A stretch of 64,000 bases of DNA, taken from positions 558,001 through 622,000 of the forward strand of contig MU054132.1 in NCBI GenBank assembly GCA_013239625.1, read 5' to 3'. The position numbers and the translations under genes were made by a program. Positions within the stretch are counted from its first letter, which is position 1; each line of letters opens with the position of its first letter. Shown piece by piece: positions 25,001 to 37,000 of the stretch. The notes beneath the pieces were generated by a model. That model was not told where the DNA came from and did no database searches. It saw nothing but the letters and a program-made list of their open reading frames with translations. The stretch comes from Lama guanicoe (taxonomy: Eukaryota).

Positions 25001-28000
25001 AGAACAAACAGGAGGGGTGGGCAGAGGAAAGGGTAGAAATGGCCCACGTTCCATGCTTCTTTTCATCTTAAACATCATTAGACAAAGATATCCAATAAAC
25101 ACCTTTATTATACATGGCTGTTTACCTTTTTGTAAATTACATACATGGACTGCCACCTCTGGCTAGTACCTCAAGGCACCTGGGTAAGATTCCTTATTTA
25201 TATCAATAGATGTAAACCCAGCTGTCTTCTTGATGATTTCAGTGTTCACCAGCTACCTTCCTGTTAGAGACTATTAGATGTGTTTATCATGTTGGGTGGT
25301 TGTCAGAGAGCTCCAGGAGAAGAGGGGTCAATGGTACTACTAGTCATCTCCTCCACTCATGATCTCTCTGCATAGACCTTTTAAGGTCTGTCAGTTTGAT
25401 GAGGGTTGTTGGGTTAAGACAAAATAGCATGGTCTGTAGAACCACTCACCTGGCTCTTCACTGCCCACAGCACCTTGAAAGTTCAGCAAAGTTATCATGT
25501 CAACCCCCTCCAGAGTATGGGGCTTCCATCCCCAGAAACCCTGGAGGGTGAATCCTCTGTGTGACTGAAGTGTATGGCCGGGGTGCCAAGGCAATCCCAG
25601 GTACTGGAGGAAAGCATTAGCACTTCTGCTGATGTTTACAGGGGAAAAGTAAGGCATGTTGTGTCACTGATACCATAAATGGAGAGGCAAGGGTTCCAAT
25701 TCAAGGTGTCTGATATGAGGGGGTCCAGAGTCGCCCTCACCAGATCCCTCAGTGCAGAGCAACCTGGTTTGTGTACTGTGGGCCATCTCTGATGTGGTCA
25801 ATTTGATAAACACAGATCCTTTACAGAGTTGAGTCTTTTCAGTACTCTGCTGAGATGGGGAGTGACACCATCTTTTGTACTATTCAGAGGTTCTCTATCT
25901 TCAAAGAAAAAACTTAATGAGAGTTGAACTTAAGATGACTTTTTCATTTTTCTTTCATGAAAGACTTATTAATGTTTTAAATTCACTGACTGCTCTAGGC
26001 AGATAAGTGGCTACCAGTCAAGGTGCCAGCAGATATTTAAAAAAATGAATTTACTTGATCTGTTCCCTCAAGATGAAGGTATTTTATTCGATGTTTTAAC
26101 AACCAACTGGAAAATAAATGCTTTGTGGGGAAAAGAGCAAAATAATTTTTTGATATTGAAAAAATTTAAAAATATTTAAAATATTGTTTATCTCTTCTTG
26201 ATCTCATCTTTTAAAAATCCATTTTCATGTATAGTGAGGGGCAAATGATATGTCAGCATAGCATGCTTATGTGTTATTTAATATATATAAATATGTATTA
26301 AACAGTTGCATATTCCAAGAAGGTACGAGCAGAAGGGACAAAGAAGTGCTTCTTGTTGGTCCTGCAAGGCCTTCATTCTGGAGGCTCTGGGTCGGGGGCA
26401 TGTCTGGAGCCACCATCACCTGCCTTACCCTGCTTCTCAAACCCATGGAGGGCTTTGCCCTGTGGAATTGTCTGTTTGGTCTGTAGGGTACAAGCAGAAT
26501 GGCTCCAAGCATTTGGAAATACAGTTTACTCTCTGAAAAATGAATGAGTAAAATGCAACCCCTGTGAGTGAGAATATCCCTCTGACCAGCAGAAAACCAA
26601 CTGCCATCTGGAGATCCCAGGTGATCAATGAGATCATTCATGAAAGCCAGCCCAGAATAGGGTTGTGATTTACAAGGGAAAGCCCAGTAACTGGTGGTAT
26701 GCCCTGTCCCCTTCTATGAACAAGGGGGTGACCTCTGAACCAGCAGCCTCACTGTTAGGATGGTCAATCATTAAAATGCAGGTTCCAGACCCTGCTCCAG
26801 ATTGTTGAGTCAGAACCACTGGTTGGAGCCTAGGAATCTGCACCTGACCAGCCCTCCCAGATGAGTCCTTTGCTCACTTAAGCTTGAGGGTTCTTGGTGC
26901 ACAGTGCAGTGTGGGCAGTGTCTGCCACTGGGACAGGGCACTAGGTCAGGGTAACCAGGTGAGCACCCTCTCCATGCAGGAGTCTCTGCTCTTTGAGCCT
27001 GAGGGTCACCCCGCAACTACCTTAGGGGATGAGACTTTGCCAGGCCAGCATGGGTGCTGGGGGTTTGGCATGAGGAATGGTCTTAATGAAGTTAATCCCT
27101 TGGCCCCTAGTATCCATATTCTCATTTCCCTCCTCAGTTTCTTATGTCTTGACCAGCATTCCCACCCCAAGCAGACTACCATAGACATTGAGGAGACCAC
27201 ACCAGGACCCATGGACCTTGTGGGGGTCGTCAGCCACCCATCTTCCTGAGGAAGCCCCTACAAGACCAATGACCTGTTTCTCCATGAGCAGCAGCACATA
27301 GCAGATGAAAGGTCCAGCACCTGGGTCTGAGATAATGCAATAATGCAGGACCCACAGGCAGAGGCTAGCTGACACGGAAGGACTCTGTGACTCCCCAGGG
27401 CTCACTAGAGCCAAGTTATGACGCAGGGATGAAGGCTGCACCCTAACATCTCCTGCTAGCCCCCTTCCTACTCAGTCCTCCAGCGCCCAAGGCTGCCCCA
27501 TTTGGAATAGGATGACTCAGATCCCATAATCCCTAAGCTATCTTCCCATCATGTTTACCTTGCTTCTCCCGTAGTGACTTCTGGAAATTTAGCGCCTCCT
27601 TGGTCACGTCGATCTCCCGCTTGATGGCATTGATGCGCTGTGTGGTCTCACTGGCCCTTTTCCTCCTCTCATTCAAGATGGATTTGTTTTCTTTGAAGAT
27701 GCGGTTGATCTCACTACCTCGCTCGTTCTTAAAATCCTCAAAGGCCACAGGCTTGGAGGGCGGGGTGCTGGGCCTGAAGACGGAGGGAGAGGAGGAGGAA
27801 GAAATGAGGCAGTTGTCTTTGAGCAACCAGGCACTTCACCTTTCTTCCCTGGGGCTTCTGTGAACAGGAGGTCAGAATTCCTGGGCACCACCTACCCCAG
27901 ACGGGAGCTAAACTGTGTGGGAATCATTCTCTCATCTCTGTTTTACTCAGCACTCAAAGGCATGTGACTATTGCAGAAAATGAGGAAAGCAAGGAAAAGT

Positions 28001-31000
28001 AGAAAAAAACAAAACAAAAACACGCACACGCAAAAACAGAAAACAAAAAGAAACCACTCACTGCCTATTGGCAACCACACTTTGATGTATCTCCTTCAGG
28101 GATCTCTTTGATAAAATTTTTACATGTTTGGGGTCATGCAGTATATATAATTTTATATCTTACTTTTTTCACAGAAGCATTCTTTCATGCTATTAAAAAC
28201 TCTTTGAGGAGTCTGGTTAATGAGATGTCAGATGAAGTGTTGTGCAGGGAAAGTAGATTGTCTGCAACTTACTTTGAAATCCATTAGGTAAAAAAGATGG
28301 GTGGAGGGTGAAGAGAAAGATAGATACATGATGAAATACACATAGTAATGTTAATTGTAGAATCAAGAGAGTTTTCACTATACAATTCTTTCAGTTTCTC
28401 TGAATGTTTGGAAATGTTCACAGGCTGGGGAAAAATTCTTCATGTGCATCTTTGTACTTTTCAAGGGCAGAGATAATAATTCACTTAGTGTCCTTTTCTT
28501 AATGTTGGCTACTGAAGGTGTAACCAAAGAAAATTTTTTTTTCTTTGTAAATTAGTAACACAATGAACATCTTTTTTGTATAAATCTTTGTCCACATCTC
28601 TAGTATTTCCTCAGGCTAGACCCCTAAAAACTTAATTTCTGACTCACCAGGAATAGGAATTAGGTGGCTGGAGGAAGGGGTCTCATACCTTGAGAATTTT
28701 GTATATTTTGAATATATTACTTATCCAAAAACATGCAAATTTAACTATTTAAATAATTGCTATTTTGAGGGTCTAATGATTCTGTGTATAATTACGTATC
28801 TTGGATGACTCGTGGTCAAACCATTATGCATGTGTATAAGCCACTGTGTTTCTTCTTTTTGGACTGTGCTCCTAGTCTTTGCCCATTACCCCCTATTTTA
28901 TTTCTCTTCTATCTGCAGGTGCTCTTCCCTTGTTGAAGATCACATTCTGGTTTTGTATGATCTAGGGCAGGAGCTAGCATTAGATGGTCACCTGAGTGGG
29001 CGTAATTCCTCCTTTGGGGAGTCTGAAGTATTGGAGGTCTCTCGGTCCCGCAGAAGCATGTCTTTGACATCCCCATCCTTGGAGGATGGGGTCAGCTGGG
29101 ACTTGGAGGTGGAAACTTCCAACTCCTTGCTCACAGGGCTGCTTGCACCTTCCTTTCTTGCTGAGGAGCTGGAAGGAGAAGGCAGAGAGACCCCAGGCTC
29201 AGTCATGCAGTGAGGGGTCTCCAGCGCTGAAGGGAGTGACCTCACTCAGCACTCAAACACCAGAAGCCCCATCCCACTCAGGTCCTCTTAACCTAGGCCA
29301 AAAGGTAAAGAGTACAACCCTAAGTCATGCAGATGGGGAGGAAGAGAGCATCTCTCCCTTTTGTCAGAACAAGGAGCCTCCCTCCAGCAGTCTGGGCAGT
29401 AGACAACTGGGAAGAATGGGAAGTCTCCAGGTTTGAATGCATGACGACCTTTAGGGTGGGCCACAGGCTCTAAGGAGCATCATAGCTGCTGAGGTACTAG
29501 TCACACAGGCATCCCTGGGAAGAAATGGCAGAGCCCCCACCCAGGGTGCATCTATCTGCGGACCAACAGTAAAGCAGGGCACATCTGCCCTGCTGCTCTG
29601 ACAAGTCCATGACCTGCTTCTCCCCACCTCCATCAATGCCTACACCAGTTCCAGGAAAGTAGCCATCCTCCCTCTCCAAGTGATGGCTCCCGAGATCCTC
29701 CCTCCCAGAGAGGCACATGTAGGCAGGACTGTACTGCAGGAAAGATGTCCACAGCTCTTCCCACTGTTTCTTTCTCTTTTCTTCTTGCAACAAGTGTGGC
29801 TTAGGGGTCCAAGCCTCAATCCATCTATTACTGCACTGATTACCCAATGGCAGAACAGAGGGGGTGGGGCTGTGACTGCCCTTCCTGAAGAGGCAGTAGG
29901 AAGCCAAGGCATCCTGATACCTGACCCCAGTCCTGCATGTGACAGTTTTCTTCTACAATCAGCTTTGGCCCATGACATTTTACAAGTGATAATAATGGTA
30001 ACAACAAATTTCTATTGAGTTCTTCCAAGTACAGGGACTGCGTTTACTCACTTATCCTCACAACCACGCCAGTGACTTTGATGCTATTATTATTATTATT
30101 ATTATTATTATTCCCATTTTAGGGATGAGGAAACAGAGGCAGAGAGGCTCTCCTGCCTCACACAAGGTGACCCCTTGGGTGAAAGAAGTACAGCACAAAG
30201 ACAGGAGCCCAGGCATTACCTCCGGAGCTGGTGCTCTTGTCCACCACGACATTCCAGGGAGGCTGGCTTATTAAGGGAACCTTGACCCTCTTCCCACCCT
30301 GCACCCACAAACAAGTCTTGCCTGAAAGGGGAATTGGGAGTTTTTAGGTGACAGGGGTGCCAATCAGCTGGGTCACAGAAGGAATTTGGTGGTGCGGGGT
30401 GGGTTTCCACATGCAGTACCAGAGGGCGAGTGCTGGCCCAGCTTCTCACTTCCGCTCTACCACTCCTCAGCAGTGTGACCTTGGAATGACTTCCCCTCTC
30501 TCAGCCCTGGTTTCCTCATCCGTAAAATGGAAACATGAACTCCCACCTCATGGAACTACTGTGAGGATGACAGGTGATCAGCCCCAGCCCTGGCTCCACA
30601 AATGCTGCTAGTACTGGCAGGAGTGACATCCATTGTGAGCAACCAGTAACTTTAAGATACCAGGAGGAAGGGAGGGACAGCTTTTGTCCTCCCCTTTACC
30701 AGCCAGGGAGGGCCAGGTGCTGAACAGCCAAAACAGCAGGAAGGTCACTCACCTGAACTGCTCTTTGAATGTCTTCTTGGACTTGGATTTCTTCCCAGGT
30801 TTAATAGAGAAAGGGGCAACTCCGAGTCCAAAACCTTGCCCATCAGGCTCGCCGACTAGGTGACCGTCAACGTCCATGAGCCCTGCCTGAATAGAGGCTG
30901 GTTGCAGGTCTGTGGGTTAGGTTAAGGGTGCAGGTCCCTGGGGATCCAAAGGCTTAGATGGGCATGTTCGTCACACACTGTGATATGGTTCCTGCTGATG

Positions 31001-34000
31001 CCAGCTGCAGTCTGTCCCCAGAAGAGCTGTCTCTGACCCCCTTCCCAATTGTCCACTTTCTACATCAACTTCTCTCATGATCTGGTGTCTCATTCCATAC
31101 ACTGAGGCTCTTGAGGCCTGTTTCCAACCTACTCTGGGAACTGGTCTTGTCTCCAACTTATGGAGATCATTTTGAATTCATATGTGGTTTACTATTGCTT
31201 GAGTCCCCCATGCCCCTGGTGTTGCATCCCACATCTGCTCTAATGTAGGATCTGACTGCCTCTGGAAAGGTCTGGGGATGGAAAAATTTGTCCTCCTCCT
31301 GTCTCCTCATGTTGGCAGGAGGTAACTGTGCATACCTTCTGGACAGCAGAGATGGTTGCAAAGTCATTCTTGTCTATAAGGGTGTACTTTCTGCGCAAAG
31401 AGGATTCCACTTCCTGTTCCTGTTGGCTTGGGAGAGAGAGCAAAAGAACCCCTTACACCTGGGGCCATACTGAACCCACAGGGGCAAGAACCAAGTACTG
31501 GAGTTAGAAGTCCAGTGGCCCCTTGTGATGGAGCCACACCCCCCATCATGAACCAGACCAGACCAAATAAGCTCATTCTCAGCTCCCCACTCCCCAATGC
31601 ACATACCGTCCAGTCCCCAGACCTGCTGTGGCCACCCTATGTGCCAGGCACAGTTGCTCTAAGACCTTTAATAAGGACTGTAAGCCTGCCTTGGGACCAC
31701 GCTTTCCCACCCATCTGTCTCTAAAAGCCCCCTCAGAACCACATGCCAGCTATCACGTGATACCACCCAGTATGGGCCAGTCGGGCTACAGGTACATCTG
31801 TACTCAAATAAACCACAAATGCTTCCTGAGGTGGGGAGGGAGTGCAGGAAGTATTCAAAATACACTTCTCCAGCCACGCTCAGGACTGGCACTTCATAAA
31901 GACCTCCTGTCCAATTAACAACCAGGGACAGGGACAGCCTTCTCTCTGAGGAGCCGTGGAACGGAGGGCTGTCCTCCTTACTTCCCCCAGGGGAAGGGAA
32001 GGGCAGGAGGATCTGAGAGCTCAGGGGCAGAGACTGTCTGTGACACCAGGGGCCTGCATGTACCCAGAGGACTCAGATGTGACTCCTCACACACCAGAGA
32101 GAAGGTGGTGTACTTGGAGGCTAGTGCCCAGACCACAGGGAATAAAAATGGCAGCCTGATGTAAGAGTAGAGTGGATGGGGTAGGTCCCTTACCTCAGAA
32201 CCACCCGGAACTGGTTGAACACCTCCTGGATTTGTCTGAGGTTGATAATCTGGTAGTAAAGAAAGCAAGGCAGAGGTTAGACCAAGGGCACCATGGGGCC
32301 GAGGCTGTGTCTGTGTTAGTAGAGAAACCAGGACTTTTTGGCTAACCCTTGGACCACCTGTCTTGAGAATGTGACATCTGAAAACAGCCCCTCAGCAAAG
32401 TGGCAATCAAGCCATCTTCAGGAACAGAGAAACACCCGATTAATAGTTTTAAAACTATTTACTGAGGCTATAAAAATCACCTTTTCTGAGTGAACATCTC
32501 TCTATACATTTAAAATGATTCTAGTTCTTGAAAATGCTAAGAAAAATTTTAAATAAAATTTATTGTCCTCCTGCTTCCAAAAGGTGCCATTATAAATCTT
32601 TCTGTGTGGGCACAGACACGTACACACGTGTGGCTGGAAGAAGGCCATCAGCCTCCCTCTCGGCCCCGTAGCCTGCCAGTATTACCACAATGCCTCTGTC
32701 AGCCGGGGCTGCCCTTGCTAGGAAGACCAGAAGAGGCTGCTTCTCAGTTGTCCCAGGCCTGCCTTTTGCAGTGGCTCACAGTAACAGGCCAGGCCAGGGT
32801 CTGCCCATGGGCTCCCTGATGAGGGACTTGCTGGCCTGTGCTATAAAAACAGAATGCATCTTTCCAACTTCCCTGTGTGCTGTCTCCTCCTTGGCCTACT
32901 CCAGCATGGGCTCTGGGTCGGGGAGGGGGACAATCTGCCTTGTAGACAACCAGCATGACCATCATCCTTTACTGCCTTCACTCTGCCTGGCACAGCCAAG
33001 CACCTGAAATGCTGCACCTCAGTTCATCCCCATTCGAAACTTTCCCTCCCCACTGCACAGGTCAGGCCACCAGAGTACACGAGGTTGAGCATTTTCCTGA
33101 GGTCACTCGGCAAGGAGACAGCTGAACTGGGATTTGAGCCAGGGTAGCCTGGCTCGAGGGTCTGTGCTTGTGCCCCGAGTGATGGACCCCCTCTGGTGTG
33201 TTCAAAGTTGTTTAAGGCCATTGGCCACTCTGTAGGGCACCCCTAGCCCTGCAACCCCAAAATATGAATGCTGAGGCCTCAGTGGGCTGAAGAGCCCCTG
33301 AGGCCAGGAGTCCAGCACCACCTACCCTGCACCCCCTGTACCCACTCAATGTGAGGTTCTGAGGTTAGCAGGACATGCATCAGGGTGTGGCTGGGAGAGG
33401 GAGGCCCAGGCCAGCTGGGCATGGTGGTCCCGGGGAGGGGACCCTTACGTCAATCTCGTCCAGCGTCCCCTCCAGGTACCTCCGCACCTGGGAGTTGATC
33501 TCAGCAATCTGAATTTCATCCATGGGGTCATAGTTCACAAGAGTGCGATTGGCCTTGGAGGAGAATAATGAACATGTTAAGCTCCAAGCACTGGAGCCCA
33601 AGCAGGGAAGGCAGGGACCATCCTGAGAACCAAAGTAAGGAGATTGGGCACAGACCTTGGCCACCAAAGCTGGTGCCATTCCCTTCATCACCAGGTCCTG
33701 GTGGGGCCTGAACCACCAGCCAGGTACTCACTCGGGTCTGCAAGGGACAACCAAGTGGGGCAGGGAAGGAAAGGCTTCCCAACACAGGGCTTGCTACTCT
33801 AAGCAAGTGGGTTCTACTGGTTGAGTCTCAGCAGACTCTGTAGGATGAGGGTCACAGGAAGGAGGGGCTGCCTCTGCCTCGCGGCTCCTCTGGACAGTAA
33901 GCATCAGCTCAGACAGCCTATTGGAGGACTTCCGCCCCCATCCACTATCTTCATGGCTCCCTGCTGCTGCCCTTCCCCCACCAACTAGCCTGCTCTACCT

Positions 34001-37000
34001 CCCCTGACCTTCACCCATCATACTGTCTGTCCTTGTACCCCTACCTGCCAGGCCTCTGACCACTGCCCCTCACCCCCCTGCCCATCGCCTGGCTCTGCTT
34101 CCTGACTATCTTCCTGTTCTTCCAGTACCCCTGCCCTCCAGACATCCCTGGCCCCCAAGTCTCTCTTCCCCACCCCCAATCTCTATTCCCTCAGTCTCCC
34201 TGTCTACTCAGCCCCTCTACCCATCTGGCCCCCTGTCCACCAAGTCCCTCTGCCTGCCCACCCCACTGCCAATCCAGCATCCATGCCTTGATGCCTTGCC
34301 CCCTCCCTACCTAGTCCTTCTGACCAACTGGTACCCTGACTACAGTTCCTCTAGCATTCCAGCCACCGCCCTCCACCATAACCTTTAGCCACTTACCAGG
34401 CTGTCATGGATGGCTAGCTCCTGCTTGAGCAATGCCAGCTCCTTCTCCAGGTTCTTGACCATTCGCTGCCAGGGAAACATATTAGGGTGGGGGGAACAGG
34501 GAGGATGGTCAGAGAGGCCACCTTGCCTCTCCCATATCACGTCTACAATTCCCCACACTGTGCTGGGACATCCTGGCCCTTCCTGGTAATCTATGGAGTG
34601 TGATCTCAGCATTTAAACAATTCCCTCCCCACAGGTGACTTTTCCCCAACTGGGTGAGTTAGAGACTGAAGGGGTGGTCTCAGAAGTCCCCTGACCTCTG
34701 GCTTTTACCACACAGGAGACTGAGAACAGAGTGAGCACAGGCAGCCATGGGGCCACCTCAAATCCCAGCTCCCAGGAGCTACAAGATATTTATTTTCTGT
34801 CCACCAGGGTAATGGCCCTCTCAGTGCAGCCCATGCATCCAGGATGCTTTCCACCCTTATCCTTCCCAATCACTGCACAACTATCACCGTTTCTTACTGA
34901 TAATCAGGTATGCCAATCCAATCTATTGCTGCTACAAACAGTGCTGCAAAACATCTTCGTACTTCTACCTTTGTGTCCTTATAGGTGCTCTACGAGGCTC
35001 TGTGTGGTCTGCCCCCTTACTCCTTTCCTACCTTCTCCTCCTGCTCACTCTACCCCCACCAGATTGGCACACTCCTGCCTCTGCATTCCCTGTTCCCTTT
35101 GCCTGAGACACTTGTCTCCCAGGTATTTCCATGGCTTACTCCCTCACCTCCTTCAAGTCTTTGTTCAAAAGCTTCTAAATTAGGCGCACCTCAGTCATCC
35201 CATGTCATACTGCAACCCCCTTACCACCCCCACGCCACTCTTTTTTTAAGTCTTGCTCTAATTTTTTTTCATAGCATACATCACCAACATACCCTAGAGC
35301 AGTTCTGTCTAAAAACTTGCTAGAATGATGGAAATGTTCTATATTTGTGCCACAAGCCACATAAAGCTATTGAACACTTAAAATGTGACTAGTATAAATA
35401 AAGAAGTGAGTTTGTAATTTTATTAACGTTAACTGATTTCAGTAGCCACATATGAGTAGCAACTACTGTATTGGACAGTGAAGCTCTAGAATTTATCTGT
35501 CTTGGTTTTAAGAAAAGTTATATATATATTTAAGGGGTATGACATGATGTTTTGATATACATGTATACATTGAAATGATTATTGCAGTCAAGCTAATTAA
35601 CATATCATCTCCTCATCTAGTTACCATTGTGTGTGTGGTAAGAGCATCTGAGATCTACTTTCTTAGCAAATTTTCAGCATAACGTACAGTGTTATTAACT
35701 ATAGTCACCATGCTATACATGAGATCCCTCAAACTTACTCATCTTATAACTAAAAATTATACTCTTTGACTAACATCTCCCCATTTCTCAGCCTGCCCTG
35801 CTCCTGGTAACCACTGCTCTACTCTGTTTTTATGAATTTGAATTCTTTAGGTTCCAGACACAAGTGAGAGATTATGCAGTATTTTTTCTTTTGTGTCTGC
35901 CTTATTTCACTTAGCACAATGTCCTCTAGGTTCATCCATGTTGTCACAAATGGCAGGATCTAGAATTGACCTATTTCTTATGTTTATTATCTCTCCCTCT
36001 CCCACTCTCAGCAGACTGTCAGCTCTTCAAGGACAGAGCTTTGTATTTCTGTTGGTACACTCATGTATCCCAAGTACTTAAAAAAATGCCTGGCACATAG
36101 TAAGCACTCTGTAAATTTTAGCTGAATGAATAAATGACACATTTCTAGAAGCAGAATTGCTAAGTCATTTTGCAGTTGATAGATACTGCCCTGGTGTCTT
36201 TCATATAAGAAGCACAAGGGACTTCATGCTGAGAACCTTCACTGTGAACAAAATGGCTTCTTTTAGTTGTCAAAAAAGGTCAGTTGAGGGGGCCCCGACA
36301 GCTAGTTCTCAGGCCTGGTGACCAAAGCCATGACCAGTCTGTAGCAAGGGGTCTTGGTATCCTGGTGGCTCAGTGGCAAATCAGGGCACAAAGCCTGACT
36401 CAAGACACACAACTGGGGTCCAGATTCTCTGGACAGCCTCAAAATGGTCCTTCAGGTGGACTTCCTAGAGGTGAGCAGGAGAGGCTTGGTGGCCAGCCCC
36501 ATCTCCATCCCCTCCTCCCAGCTGAGGGATCTCAGCTCTAGAAAATGCACCATGCCCCAGCTAGGAAAAGTCTGGCTGTGCTGCTGGGGGCCTCCTGCTG
36601 GATGACTCTGTCCAATGTGGCATGAGGAGCCAGGCTTAGACCTCTGGGCCAATCAGGTGATGTGTGGAAATGGGCGATCTGCTCCCATGGGTCACCAGCC
36701 TCCATGTTGCACCCTGAGAGCATGAAGACCACTCCTCCTACTGCCTGGTAGGCTTTGTGGCCTGAGGGGAGGGGATGGAGATGAGTAAGGGCTGGCCACC
36801 AAACCATGGGGTTAGATCCACAGAGCCCCAGGGACTGTTACTTTCCTTCAGGATTTAGAATTTGGAAAGTTTAGGAGTTTGTCATGGGTTTAGGCCACAC
36901 ATTTACTCCTCTCCAGTAACTACTCCATAAGCTTCTTAAAGGAAACCCAAGTTATTGGTGTGTTTTTACTTTACTAGATGTTGCCAAAATACTCTCCAGA

